Below are positions 8,956-19,365 of a stretch of DNA of 64,000 nucleotides, in pieces. Made by a program: the position numbers and the translations under genes. The DNA is taken from positions 1-64,000 of the IMG/VR virus record IMGVR_UViG_3300045921_000730; one strand, given 5' to 3'. Under the pieces are notes generated by a model. The model did no database searches. It worked only from the letters and a program-made list of their open reading frames with translations, and was not told where the DNA came from. The first letter of the stretch is position 1. Each line of letters begins with the position of its first letter.

Positions 8956-9964
8956 TGCGTGGCAGCCTCAGATAAATGGAGTCGTAAGAACATTACAAAC
9001 AACGGTTGATTTAATTACCAAAAAGGGAATTGACGTTTTTGTAATTCATCCAAAAATGTTCGATACGATTGAGTGTCCGTTTTATAAAGAAATTTCTCTT
9101 GTAATAAGTCAAAAACAAGCAACTGAAAAAATTAAGCAAACGGTTGAAACTTTTCGTCCGTTATATATCCACATTGTTACAGAAGGTCCGTTGGGCTACG
9201 CAGGAAGAAAGTTTTGCATTAAAAATAACTTGCGATTTACTACAGCATACCATACCAAATATCCTGAATATATGCAAAAAATGTTTCCTTGGATTCCATT
9301 TATTAAACAAATAACTTATGCATATGTTAAAAATTTCCACAATGCATCATCAAATGTGATGGTTGCTTCAACTGCCCTGCAAGATGAACTTGCAATGAAA
9401 GGATTTAAAAATTTGGTCCTTTGGGGAAGGGGAGCAAATTTGTTGTTGTTTAACCCAGCGGTTCAATCAACTTCTCCTTTTGACCACAAATATGCTTTAT
9501 ATGTCGGTCGGATTTCCAAAGAAAAACAAATTGAGAATTTTCTTAATACCAACACAAAAAAATATGACAACATGAAAAAAGTTGTTGTTGGTGATGGACC
9601 AGAACTAAATCGCTTAATGAAAAAATATCCAAACGTAATTTTTGTAGGAAAAAAGACCGGATTGGAGCTAGCAAATTATTATAGACATGCTTCAGTTTTT
9701 TGCTTTCCAAGCAAGACTGATACATATGGTTTGGTTGTGGCAGAAGCGTTAGCTTCAGGTGTTCCGGTTGCTGCTTACAAAACTCCAAATATTGAAGCTA
9801 TAGTAAATGATCAAGTTGCTGGACTGCACGAAACTGATTTCCAACAAGCAATTGATCTTGCATTGAAAAAAGACAGAACTGCATGCAGAAAGTATGCTGA
9901 AAAGCAGTTTCATTGGGACAAATGTACTAGACAATTCCTTATAAATTTAATATCGGTACAGTGA
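8900..9964 (+). CDS. GT4 glycosyltransferase, Agt-like
   Basis: ITDAWQPQINGVVRTL, HIVTEGPLG, TTAYHTKYPEY, YVGRISKEKQ, FPSKTDTYGLVVAEALASGVPVAA. Confidence 0.88.
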   Translation: MENLNSYAGLPKRILIITDAWQPQINGVVRTLQTTVDLITKKGIDVFVIHPKMFDTIECPFYKEISLVISQKQATEKIKQTVETFRPLYIHIVTEGPLGYAGRKFCIKNNLRFTTAYHTKYPEYMQKMFPWIPFIKQITYAYVKNFHNASSNVMVASTALQDELAMKGFKNLVLWGRGANLLLFNPAVQSTSPFDHKYALYVGRISKEKQIENFLNTNTKKYDNMKKVVVGDGPELNRLMKKYPNVIFVGKKTGLELANYYRHASVFCFPSKTDTYGLVVAEALASGVPVAAYKTPNIEAIVNDQVAGLHETDFQQAIDLALKKDRTACRKYAEKQFHWDKCTRQFLINLISVQ

Positions 9965-10034
9965 ACTGAACTACCACTTGTCTAACGAACAATAAATATT
10001 TCTATGTAAACGGAGAAGTTTTTAAGAGAAAAAA

Positions 10035-10454
10035 ATGAAAATCAATGAAATTTTGTCAGAAAGTTTTTGGAGCACTGCAAAGGCTGTCGGTTCTGCATTG
10101 GCAGGTGCAGCAACTGGTACTGGCCGAGAGATTGTGAGGGGAGCCAAAGCAGTTGTTTTGCCTGGGGTTCGAATTGTAAAAGCAGGAGCTGAAGGTTATT
10201 CGAGATCTAAAATTAAAACATCTAAACAATCAATTGTGCAGGCCATTGATGAGTTGCTGGCGCGTGGTCTTTCAGATAATGAAATTCAACAACTGATTTC
10301 TCAACGTATTCAATATCAAAAAATGAAAGCGGCAGGTATGTCAGATCAACAAATTCATGATAAACTTAAGTTCGATCAAGAAACAGAAAATTTTGTGAAA
10401 AAACAACTAGAAAAGCAAAAATCTGAAAAACAACAAACGGCTCGAATTAAATAA
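10035..10454 (+). CDS. hypothetical protein (putative virion internal protein)
   Basis: AGAAG RBS-like sequence; MKINEILSES N-terminus. Confidence 0.6.
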   Translation: MKINEILSESFWSTAKAVGSALAGAATGTGREIVRGAKAVVLPGVRIVKAGAEGYSRSKIKTSKQSIVQAIDELLARGLSDNEIQQLISQRIQYQKMKAAGMSDQQIHDKLKFDQETENFVKKQLEKQKSEKQQTARIK

Positions 10455-10573
10455 GCAACTCAAACAGATACAACCCAAGCTACTAAGGCAACACAAACAT
10501 CTCAAGCAACTAAAGCTGCTAAAGCAGCATAATAACTGAAAAGAAAAAGGTGCATGTGAAGTAGTATGAAAGT

Positions 10574-10969
10574 TTAATTGCTTTGGCTACAAGCAAGTTT
10601 CATTGTATTTGCGCCGTGTCCTGGTTGAACATTTTCCCAAAGTCTATTTTTTGCGTTTAAAACTTCAAAAACGACATTTGCATTTTCGTCGTATCCAACA
10701 ATTGAAACAACTCTGTTAATTTTTCTTTTACAATCAATTTCGATAATACCATCAATTAGAAATATTTGTGTTATTTTTTGGTGCGCTTCTGTCGTTTGAC
10801 CAATTTTGTGGATTGAAATTGTTTCAGGATCTATATATGTAACGGAAGTTATATCAACAAAATAATCAATGTATTGATCTCTTCCCACAAATATATAATT
10901 TGAATCTTCAGCCTGTACACTACCACAAAATAAGTTAATTAATAATATCAAAATTATTTTTTTCATCAA
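10574..10969 (-). CDS. secreted/periplasmic protein
   Basis: Signal peptide ending VQA-E; two Cys. Similar in plan to 22090..22569 and 31439..31900. Confidence 0.55.
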   Translation of the reverse strand: MMKKIILILLINLFCGSVQAEDSNYIFVGRDQYIDYFVDITSVTYIDPETISIHKIGQTTEAHQKITQIFLIDGIIEIDCKRKINRVVSIVGYDENANVVFEVLNAKNRLWENVQPGHGANTMKLACSQSN

Positions 10970-11468
10970 AGTTTCTCCTTTTTATAAGTTTTTGTTGTTG
11001 CTTTTTGGCTATCTGTAGTTTCAACGGTGAAAGATAATCCACAAATAAAATTCCATTTAAATGGTCAATTTCATGTTGAACACAAACGCTCAATAAGCCG
11101 TTAAGCGTCATGGTTTTATGTTCTTGTTCTGGTGTATAATATGAAACTACAATTTCGTTTGCTCGTTTAACACTAGCAAACAATCCCGGAAAAGAAAGAC
11201 ACCCTTCTTTTAAATTTTGGGTGTCTTTTTTTGACATAATTACAGGATTAATTAAAATAAGTGAGTTATTTAAACTATCTTTTCCTAAACTTTGGTCAAT
11301 AACTATAATTTTTTGTTCTAAACCAACCTGAGGTGCTGAAATTCCAATACCAGAATGTTTATACATTACAGATACCATTTGTTTACCAATATAACCAGCA
11401 TCTGTAAAGTTATCTACTTCTTTACATTTTTTACGTAAGATATCATCAGGGTAATATTTTAATTCCAT
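10935..11468 (-). CDS. def: peptide deformylase
   Basis: GIGISAPQVG, EGCLSFPG, QHEIDHLNG. Confidence 0.96.
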   Translation of the reverse strand: MELKYYPDDILRKKCKEVDNFTDAGYIGKQMVSVMYKHSGIGISAPQVGLEQKIIVIDQSLGKDSLNNSLILINPVIMSKKDTQNLKEGCLSFPGLFASVKRANEIVVSYYTPEQEHKTMTLNGLLSVCVQHEIDHLNGILFVDYLSPLKLQIAKKQQQKLIKRRNFDEKNNFDIIN

Positions 11469-11530
11469 TTTAAAAATTTAACTTTATATTATGCACCCGA
11501 ATCTCATTTGTTTTTAACACAAGCGATAGT

Positions 11531-12112
11531 TCAGGATAGTTTAAGTTTGTGTGCTCTGCTGTGTCGAGGAATTTTTGTTAATAAAAATTCCATTTGATCA
11601 GCCAAAATTCTCCTATTCATTAATAAAAGATATTCAGCTCTTACAGGAGCATAAGGTACGTATAGTAACTTCATGTCTGCTTCCTCAGGAGTTCTGTTAT
11701 CTTTTAATTTGTTGCATGAACTACAAGCAGCCACAACATTTTCCCACCTATTTTTACCTCCGCGAGATTTTGGAAGTATATGATCTCGTGTTAATTTGTC
11801 GGGAGTAAATTCACCACCGCAATATGCACAAATGTTGTGGTCGCGTCTAAAAAGAGCGCGATTGGTTAATATGGGCGTTTTATACAAATGTTTGTTGCCC
11901 ATTTCTCCTTTTGTTGCAATAATTGTATTGAAGTCAAGAAATGAGCGCTCGCCGGTGGCTTTAGAAACGCCACCATAAATTCTATATCCATCAACACCAA
12001 TTGACCACGCAATCAATTCTTTACAGTAATAATATGCTGCATTTTCATATGTAATCCAACGCTGTGGATTACCAGTAATGTCAAGCTGCAAAATTAATGG
12101 CCGTTCGATCAT
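11531..12112 (-). CDS. HNH endonuclease
   Basis: CAYCG..LTRDHILPKSRGGKNRWENVVAACSSCN. Confidence 0.92.
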   Translation of the reverse strand: MIERPLILQLDITGNPQRWITYENAAYYYCKELIAWSIGVDGYRIYGGVSKATGERSFLDFNTIIATKGEMGNKHLYKTPILTNRALFRRDHNICAYCGGEFTPDKLTRDHILPKSRGGKNRWENVVAACSSCNKLKDNRTPEEADMKLLYVPYAPVRAEYLLLMNRRILADQMEFLLTKIPRHSRAHKLKLS

Positions 12113-12293
12113 GTTATTACCTGTCGAAGAAGTTGTTAATGGTATTTACTGAACTACCGCTTGTATTAACAACTTTTCAAATAATAAAGCAAAGTTATAA
12201 CTTTACGATACACAAAAACATTTGAAGAGTCAAGTGTTTTGGCGTTAGCATCCGAACTTGTTATTTCCAGCAACAGCAATTCGCAGATTCTTT

Positions 12294-13256
12294 TCAGTCT
12301 AAGATTAAACTAATAGACTGTTTATGATCAATTCGTGTAATTGTCTCAGCGAGCAGCCCAGATATTGATATTTGTTCAATCTTTGGATTATTTTTCATAC
12401 TATCAGGTAATTTAACACTATCAGTTATAAACAACATTTTTAGTTTTGAGTTTAAAATGTTTTCGTTTGCTTTTCCCGATAATACACCATGTGTAGCATA
12501 TGCAACTACTTGCTTAGCACCCTTTTCTATCAAAGCATCAGCAGCTTTACCAAGCGTTCCAGCAGTATCGACCATATCGTCTATAATAATACAAGTTTTG
12601 TTTTCAACATCACCAATAATGTTCATTACTTCAGAAACGTTTGCGTTTGGTCTTCTTTTATCAACAATTGCCAAATCAATATTATCCAGATGTTTGGCAA
12701 CTGACCTGGCTCTTGCTACACCCCCAACGTCTGGGGAAATAATAATTGGATTTTCAGATATCCAGTTCTTATAAATTGATGCAACAAACAAATGTGTTGC
12801 TGAAATGTTATCGACAGGGATTTTATAAAACCCTTGAATTTGTGTAGCGTGTAAATCGACAGTAATCAAGTGATCAATACCAGAATACTGCAAAATATCA
12901 GCAACAACTCTCGCTGATATTGGCACTCGTGAATAACCTGGTCTTCTATCTTGTCTTGAATAACCCAAGTATGGGATTACAGCAATGACTCTTTTTGCAC
13001 TAGAACGTTTGAGAGCATCAGCAAGGAGCGCCGTTTCCATTAACGAATCGTTACAGGGCGGCGAAATGCTGGAAACAATAAAAGCTCTTTGGCCTCTTAC
13101 GTTTTGTTGAATTTCAATTCGTGTTTCGCCATCACTAAATTTTTCATTAATAAATTTACTTACATAAGTTTGGGTTCGCTCAATTTCTGTTTTAAGATGT
13201 TTACAAATTCCATCTTTTATAGATGAAGAAACGTTTCCAAAAAATAAAACGCTCAT
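12294..13256 (-). CDS. prs: ribose-phosphate pyrophosphokinase
   Basis: KFSDGET, PYLGYSRQDR, DLHATQIQGFY, SPDVGGVARA, IIDDMVDTAGT, ATHGVLSG. Confidence 0.96.
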   Translation of the reverse strand: MSVLFFGNVSSSIKDGICKHLKTEIERTQTYVSKFINEKFSDGETRIEIQQNVRGQRAFIVSSISPPCNDSLMETALLADALKRSSAKRVIAVIPYLGYSRQDRRPGYSRVPISARVVADILQYSGIDHLITVDLHATQIQGFYKIPVDNISATHLFVASIYKNWISENPIIISPDVGGVARARSVAKHLDNIDLAIVDKRRPNANVSEVMNIIGDVENKTCIIIDDMVDTAGTLGKAADALIEKGAKQVVAYATHGVLSGKANENILNSKLKMLFITDSVKLPDSMKNNPKIEQISISGLLAETITRIDHKQSISLILD

Positions 13257-13326
13257 GGTTATAATTCCTTTATTTTCTTAATTAGATTATAAATACAGTA
13301 ACAATAAATGTCAAGGAGATTTTATT

Positions 13327-13581
13327 ATGAATTTACAACAACTACGCGAGCTTGCAGGTATTAAAAGAAATGAAGATGAAATTCTTTTGGATGAAGCAAT
13401 TGAAATTCCAGAAAATATTACTTTAGAAGAAGTTAATAAAATGTTTGATGCTGCAAAAAAAGCTCTTGGTCTAGCCAACAAGTTACGTGACCCAGACGAA
13501 AAGAAAAAGCATATGAGCCAAGTAATGAGTGGACTCAATAAAATTAGAGCTGCGGTTCAAAAATTATCTAAACAACAATAA
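13327..13581 (+). CDS. hypothetical protein
   Basis: TATAAATA promoter plus GGAGA RBS; MNLQQLRELAGI N-terminus. Confidence 0.7.
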   Translation: MNLQQLRELAGIKRNEDEILLDEAIEIPENITLEEVNKMFDAAKKALGLANKLRDPDEKKKHMSQVMSGLNKIRAAVQKLSKQQ

Positions 13582-13650
13582 CTTTTTTATTAATTGTTCA
13601 ACATTACGCACTTGAACTACCGCTAAGCGGTAGTTCAGTTATGCGGTAGT

Positions 13651-14907
13651 TCATTCAAATTTCACTGTAGTGCCATGTGGTGCAACAACATTAGTCTTAT
13701 AAGCAAGCCAAAGAGTGGGAGCATAGTCAGGATCCCCCCATGTACTACATTCCATGTCAGTGAAACAAACTAATTGCTTGGGCACAATTTCTTCCCCTTT
13801 CAGAAATTCCCAGATGCAATTGAAGTCTGTTCCTCCATCACCTTTAATTTCATAATCGTAAATTTCTTGGACATTTTCCTCGGTGAACGTCTGGCGGTTG
13901 TAGACTTGAGTATCAAAAGATGCAACGTTAATTTTAAATGAAGCGTGCTGTTGCATAATGCCAACTACTTCTGACATGAATACCTTGATTTCGTCAGGTC
14001 CAATGGACCCAGACGCGTCCAAGAATATATCAGCTTCTACTGTAGGTTCGCGTTGCATTGAAGGAAGAACTGCATCACACAACCAACCACGACGATTCGG
14101 GCGCATATAGGTGAAATCATTCTTAATTTGAGATTCAATTTGTTGAACCAAGAGTTCTTTCCAATTCATCTTGGGTTCTGTCAAATCCTTGATCAAGCGA
14201 CGGACACCAAGGGGAACATTGCCTACGCCATGAGCCTGGACCGAAGACATTATCGCATCACGAAGTTCGTCCCTGATCTCCGACAGTTCTTTCTCAGACA
14301 GACGTGGTTTTCCATTTGGATCTTCATCATCTCCCTCAGTGTCATTACCAGCATCAGATTCCAGGTGCTCATCAAGCACTTGAGATAACAGACTGTCGAT
14401 AGAAATTTTCTCTGCATCTTCCATGAGCCTCTCGTAGATCTCTTCCGCAGACATGTCTTTGAATTGCGGATCAAAGAGGCAAGGAAACGTGGTGATTTTC
14501 TCGCCGATCTTGAATTCAATTAGATCTCGGTTGACTGCATAGTCAGCAGCAATGTTCCAAAGTTGGGCATTGCGATCAAGGCAACGTCCGCTTTTGCCCA
14601 CATGTTCATAGACAGCATGAAGAATTTCATGTCCTATTAAGAAAATCACTTCTCGAGGTTTGAGCATATTGACAAATTTAGAATTGTACCAAAGTGTCCG
14701 CCCATCGGTTGCGGCAGTGGGACACCAGTCAACATCACTCACTAGTCTCAAGCGAGATGCAATATTGCCCCAGAACGGGGTGTGCATAAGCATCGCAATT
14801 CGCGCTACTATGATTGCTTGTTCTGCTTGGCTTTTCTCGGCAGCAGTAGGTTCGCCTTTGATTTTTTCCAACAACGTTGGATCATTGATTTTGGATTTAG
14901 ACGTCAT
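13651..14907 (-). CDS. metallopeptidase-like (HExxH) + VWA-like domain protein
   Basis: TAATDG, GHEILH, WNIAADYAVN; MIDAS-like DASGS, FDT, GDGGTDF. Confidence 0.85.
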   Translation of the reverse strand: MTSKSKINDPTLLEKIKGEPTAAEKSQAEQAIIVARIAMLMHTPFWGNIASRLRLVSDVDWCPTAATDGRTLWYNSKFVNMLKPREVIFLIGHEILHAVYEHVGKSGRCLDRNAQLWNIAADYAVNRDLIEFKIGEKITTFPCLFDPQFKDMSAEEIYERLMEDAEKISIDSLLSQVLDEHLESDAGNDTEGDDEDPNGKPRLSEKELSEIRDELRDAIMSSVQAHGVGNVPLGVRRLIKDLTEPKMNWKELLVQQIESQIKNDFTYMRPNRRGWLCDAVLPSMQREPTVEADIFLDASGSIGPDEIKVFMSEVVGIMQQHASFKINVASFDTQVYNRQTFTEENVQEIYDYEIKGDGGTDFNCIWEFLKGEEIVPKQLVCFTDMECSTWGDPDYAPTLWLAYKTNVVAPHGTTVKFE

Positions 14908-15076
14908 CTGTGGTTTTCCTTGAACGATCGTACTTTAATAGGTAGTAGACTTTAACTTGTTCCAGCATTTCTTTCAACACCAAATCATTCTCTGCTTGCA
15001 TTCTGATCGAGTGCCAAAGCTGACTCTCTTTCATGGAATTGCGTAGCTTAGATATAGTATTTGGGTCTACCATTTC

Positions 15077-16168
15077 TTAAACTTGTGTGGCCTTAAGGAT
15101 CAATGAACCAAAGCGTTCATGGAACTCCTTAAAGTTGGTCAGTTTAGAAGGCGTGAACGGAAGGTGATACTGTTGCAACATGACGCGAATTGCCATCACC
15201 ATCACTTCAGTCGTCAAACAATCCATAAAGAACCGTAGTACATTGTCTGCCTTGTTGTACCAGTTTTTATCCTTTTCGTCGTGTGCTGCCTTGAGTTCAT
15301 AAGCACAGGAAATTGCCAAAGAATACATCGCAGAGATTTCTTTGGTTTTCAACTTTTTGACTTTTCCTTCCAGCACATCCTTCGGATTTGGAAGATTCGA
15401 TGAATTCTTACGGTGAGCCAGGAACTTCAATGCCATCCCCTCACCGACGGTGCCTGCAATTAAATCCGCAATCACAGATTCGTCGAGTTGTGGGTCTTTT
15501 AGGAATTCTGAAACGAATTCCCATGAACGAGGAGTAGCAAAGGATCTGCTAGAGCTTTTTGGATCGAAATCAAATAGACTGTTCTTGCTAAACTCGATAA
15601 AGCTCACTACGTCTGGGTGGATTTGATTATCCATTGCCCAGCGTGACCAAGAATCTGCGTCAACCCGCAACTCAACGTGAACAAACCGATTGGCTAGTGG
15701 AGCAGGTTGACGATAAGTCACGCCCCTATCTGAGTCTCGGTTACCTGCAGCGAAAATTACACAATTCTCAGGGAGCTTGTATGTCCCAACTCCTCGATCA
15801 AGGACTAGTTGATATGCCGCAGCTTGTACAGAAGGCGCAGCTGAGTTCATTTCGTCGAGGAAAAGGAACACCACAGGGTACTTGGACGCTTCCTCTTCCG
15901 TAGGAAGATCGACCGGAGGAGCCCATTCCATCTTATTGGATTCTTTGTTATAGTATGGAATACCTCGGAGGTCGGTCTGTTCACATTGCGAAAGACGCAC
16001 ATCATAAAACCTACCGCCCATCTCAGCGCAAAGTTGCGCTACCATAGAACTCTTACCTACACCCATCGGACCCCAGATGAATACTGGTCGCTTAATACGA
16101 GCACACGAACGCAACACTTTCATAAGTTGTTGACCAGTCACAGTACGGGTCGTTGAAATTTCAGCCAT
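15077..16168 (-). CDS. MoxR-like AAA+ ATPase
   Basis: Walker A GPMGVGKS, Walker B FLFLDEMN, AAGNR, PLANRF, TPRSWE; paired with the VWA gene. Confidence 0.9.
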   Translation of the reverse strand: MAEISTTRTVTGQQLMKVLRSCARIKRPVFIWGPMGVGKSSMVAQLCAEMGGRFYDVRLSQCEQTDLRGIPYYNKESNKMEWAPPVDLPTEEEASKYPVVFLFLDEMNSAAPSVQAAAYQLVLDRGVGTYKLPENCVIFAAGNRDSDRGVTYRQPAPLANRFVHVELRVDADSWSRWAMDNQIHPDVVSFIEFSKNSLFDFDPKSSSRSFATPRSWEFVSEFLKDPQLDESVIADLIAGTVGEGMALKFLAHRKNSSNLPNPKDVLEGKVKKLKTKEISAMYSLAISCAYELKAAHDEKDKNWYNKADNVLRFFMDCLTTEVMVMAIRVMLQQYHLPFTPSKLTNFKEFHERFGSLILKATQV

Positions 16169-16373
16169 TCTGGTTTCTCCTTGATTAAATGAGAGGGTTT
16201 AGTGTTGGTTATCACCGTTATGGAGCATTGTATAGAAATTTAGGTAAAAGTCAACTAATTTTTTAATTCACTGATTTGAAAAGATTTTTTTAAAAAACAC
16301 CGACATGGTACAGACTAACAGCAAGAGCTTGTTTGTTCCAGTTATCAAAGCAGCCCTCTTAGACCGACGAAAT

Positions 16374-16748
16374 TCAATCGTCGAAAAAATGTGCCAACAT
16401 CAAATGTGGATTTTTAATCCAGTCTTGTAAGCCTTCGTTTGCTTTTGAATCGTACACTTTTTTAAATAGAAAGCTGAATAATTGATCGGGACTATACTTG
16501 GTGAGATCAAACGGAAGGTGCATTCCTAAATCAATGCCTTTCTTTTGAGCTTCAATCTGAAGGTTCTTCAAGCCGACCTTTTGTGACTGTGTAATTCTAT
16601 TATGCATGCAGAAAACTGAAGCGATGGACAATGCCATGTGTCTATGCATGAATAGACCTCTCCAATAGCACATTTCGTCACCAAAAAGAACTGGTTTAAG
16701 ACTTAGTAAGCTAAAAGTCATTTCCATTTCAAATGGTTGCATAGTCAT
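16374..16748 (-). CDS. hypothetical protein
   Basis: ORF overlapping its neighbour in the operon. Confidence 0.55.
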   Translation of the reverse strand: MTMQPFEMEMTFSLLSLKPVLFGDEMCYWRGLFMHRHMALSIASVFCMHNRITQSQKVGLKNLQIEAQKKGIDLGMHLPFDLTKYSPDQLFSFLFKKVYDSKANEGLQDWIKNPHLMLAHFFDD

Positions 16749-17337
16749 TTATTCCTCTAAAGTCTACATTGACAGAACCAGATACAAGCAGCGCCTTTAA
16801 TTCAGGGCAAGGTACATACCCCATTGTCATGTACTTGATTGTTCTCGAAACCAAAGAAGGTGTAACTTTTAAAACCCTAAGAGTTTTGGTCTTTATATCT
16901 TCTAAGGTGTGCTCTCCAAAAAGAAATTGCTTCCCATCAGTCAAGACCTTACATACTTCAAAATCAAATGTATCAAGCACTTTCTGAGGGCTGTCGAAGA
17001 ATTCTTTTTGTATCAGCTGAACGATATGTTTAGAATTGTTGTTGAAAATGGTAATAGCGTTTGGTGAAACGTGAAGAATATCCCATGTTTCAAGAGTTTT
17101 AACTTCAAATTCAATTAAAGGCCAGCTACCGATGCTTGTTTCACGGTTTTTCTGGTGAGTCATTTTTTGTTTTAATCTATCAAACGATTCTTGATCTTTG
17201 AACCAAACATCAATGTCTGAACCCCCGGCAGGAAGCCCTTGATACCATTTCAGTGCTGCTCCACCCGCAATCCAAGGACCTCGCTCCATGTCTGGAGCAA
17301 TTAACTCAACAATCTCTCGATCGTCTGCATGAATCAT
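16729..17337 (-). CDS. Pol-beta-superfamily nucleotidyltransferase-like protein
   Basis: PWIAGGA..GSDIDVWF, LDTFDFEVC. Confidence 0.7.
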   Translation of the reverse strand: MIHADDREIVELIAPDMERGPWIAGGAALKWYQGLPAGGSDIDVWFKDQESFDRLKQKMTHQKNRETSIGSWPLIEFEVKTLETWDILHVSPNAITIFNNNSKHIVQLIQKEFFDSPQKVLDTFDFEVCKVLTDGKQFLFGEHTLEDIKTKTLRVLKVTPSLVSRTIKYMTMGYVPCPELKALLVSGSVNVDFRGINDYATI

Positions 17338-17459
17338 TTTAACCTCATGAAAGTTCTAAACTACCATTAGAGGACTATCAATTGCATTTCCAATTGCCTG
17401 ATGTTTCTTGATGAAATGAGAATTGATTTTTCTTTCCGCTGATCGCTAAAACTAACGCT

Positions 17460-17693
17460 TTAAATGTCTCTTTGGGAGGTAATGTTTGAAGTGTTGACAC
17501 CACGTTCAAACATTGAGAACAGTTTTTCAAATTCTAGATTATAGATCTCTTTCAATCCAATTAGCGCATTGGCGACTTTATCGTTTGTCCAATCGCGATC
17601 CAACACTCCTTCAGAAATTGAACCCAGGTGATCCACAAGACCCCAACAGGTCATGAGTTGTTGTTCAAATTCAAACCGATCAAATTTTTGCAT
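17460..17693 (-). CDS. hypothetical protein
   Basis: GGAAA RBS-like sequence; 77 aa. Confidence 0.6.
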   Translation of the reverse strand: MQKFDRFEFEQQLMTCWGLVDHLGSISEGVLDRDWTNDKVANALIGLKEIYNLEFEKLFSMFERGVNTSNITSQRDI

Positions 17694-17965
17694 CGTCTGT
17701 TTCCTTTCCCAAAGTTAAATTTTTTGCGCTCTGTGGACAAACAAATTCTCCCCAGTTGAAAAATTATACTCCAACTGGGGAGACAATTGCAACGATTTGA
17801 TCAAAGATTAAAATACTTTCTGCTTTGGGCAAGAAAATACTTTTTTTCTCTTTCTTCCAAATCAAAATTATTTTGTGATTGAGAAAGATACATTTCCAAA
17901 TCGCTGCGATACTTTAGACGATCTTGAAACCAAGAAATAATTTTGGAAAACATATTTAATCTCCT

Positions 17966-18421
17966 TTATTCGATTGTTAGTTTTCTAATTGTTTCCTGCG
18001 GTTCGTTGCGTTTGATGTTGATGTGAAGTAAACCATCCTCGAGTTTAGCGGACGTAATTTCATCACCATCACTTAACTGCCACTTACGGACGAATTGACG
18101 TGAAGCAATACCCTTTACAAGATATTTTTCATCCGTTTTTGTTTCCTTTTTTGCAGCGATTGTAAGAACGTTTGTTGAATTTACTTCAATAGTAATTTCT
18201 TCTTTCTTAAAACCAGCAACAGCAAGAGAAATTACATAACCATCTTCAGTTTTAATAATATCGTATGGTGGATAGTTTACTGAACGGATTCCAACGGGGA
18301 ACGTTTTATCGAGCGTTTCAAACGCTCTTTCAGCATCTAACCACATTGAATTAATATCAGAAATCCACTTGTTAATGTCTGTTGTTGTATTTTTGAAAAG
18401 GGTTGGAAAGTATTTTGTCAT
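17966..18421 (-). CDS. Hsp20/IbpA-like small heat-shock protein
   Basis: NYPPYDII, LAVAGFKKEEI, KGIASRQF, AKLEDGLLHI. Confidence 0.93.
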   Translation of the reverse strand: MTKYFPTLFKNTTTDINKWISDINSMWLDAERAFETLDKTFPVGIRSVNYPPYDIIKTEDGYVISLAVAGFKKEEITIEVNSTNVLTIAAKKETKTDEKYLVKGIASRQFVRKWQLSDGDEITSAKLEDGLLHINIKRNEPQETIRKLTIE

Positions 18422-18509
18422 AATAATATTCTCCTTTGAGCAATATTGTTTTTATAACTTCTATAACATCTCCACCACGGCTGATGTTATAGTTTCTCGA
18501 TAATTTGTT

Positions 18510-19364
18510 TTAGTGCTCTTTGAGCCACTCTAACAAATTATCTTGAATACTTTTACCTGCACTAAACTCTTCTGTATTTATAATTGCAACACGTTTCCAT
18601 TTATTTACATTATTACAATTATCAAATCTCGTGTCCATCATATTCGGATATGATGGAAGTGTGTTTGGTATTTTATCATGCCACACTGGGAAACTATATC
18701 CCTTAGGTACTGTTTGTATTACACCTGAACGTTTGTATTTATATAAATTAATTAATGCTGTAAACCAATCATCTCCATAAAATTCACACCACTGCGAAGC
18801 AAAACGAAAATGTATTTCAATTATTCCATTTCCCAAAAATTCAAAATTCATTGCTCCATTATAATATGGGAATAGTTGTATATTCCATGTAAGTACTTTG
18901 TTAATTATATCGAGATGTTCTTTTTTAGTTTCAGTAAGTTCCCAACACCAAAACCTATTTTCTGGTAAAGTGTGACCTATTGCCGTCGCTGACCAAAAAA
19001 CAACATTATCATGTACCAATACGTCTACCGAACGATGCTCTCCTTCAAACAGAGGCATAAAATAATACCCGGGTTTATATTTTGCTACATATTCTTGTTC
19101 GTTTTCGATTTTGAAGCCGCCACCCATTCCATAAAGATTATATATGGGTTTACAAAAAACAGGATATTTCTTTGGAAGAATACCCATTGGACCAGATTCA
19201 TAATTCAGTAGTTGTGAAACGACTAGTTTGTTTGAGTACTGACGTAAATTAATACATTTTTCCCAGACAGCCTCATCATAAATTGGTATGTCGACGCTTT
19301 CGGCTTGTCGACTCCACTTTTCATATTTGAAAGTTTCCCACGGTTCTGGAGTTAAAAAGGGCAT
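18510..19364 (-). CDS. ATP-grasp-like hypothetical protein
   Basis: PVFCKPIYNLYGMG, MPLFEGEHRSVD, NFEF..IEIHFR. Confidence 0.5.
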   Translation of the reverse strand: MPFLTPEPWETFKYEKWSRQAESVDIPIYDEAVWEKCINLRQYSNKLVVSQLLNYESGPMGILPKKYPVFCKPIYNLYGMGGGFKIENEQEYVAKYKPGYYFMPLFEGEHRSVDVLVHDNVVFWSATAIGHTLPENRFWCWELTETKKEHLDIINKVLTWNIQLFPYYNGAMNFEFLGNGIIEIHFRFASQWCEFYGDDWFTALINLYKYKRSGVIQTVPKGYSFPVWHDKIPNTLPSYPNMMDTRFDNCNNVNKWKRVAIINTEEFSAGKSIQDNLLEWLKEH

Positions 19365-19365
19365 T

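Noticed and set aside
17380-17430. Possible left-end remnant CCTGATGTTTCTTGATGAAATGAGAATTG
   Set aside because: Only partial similarity to the 50040/61688 left ends; too degenerate to call.
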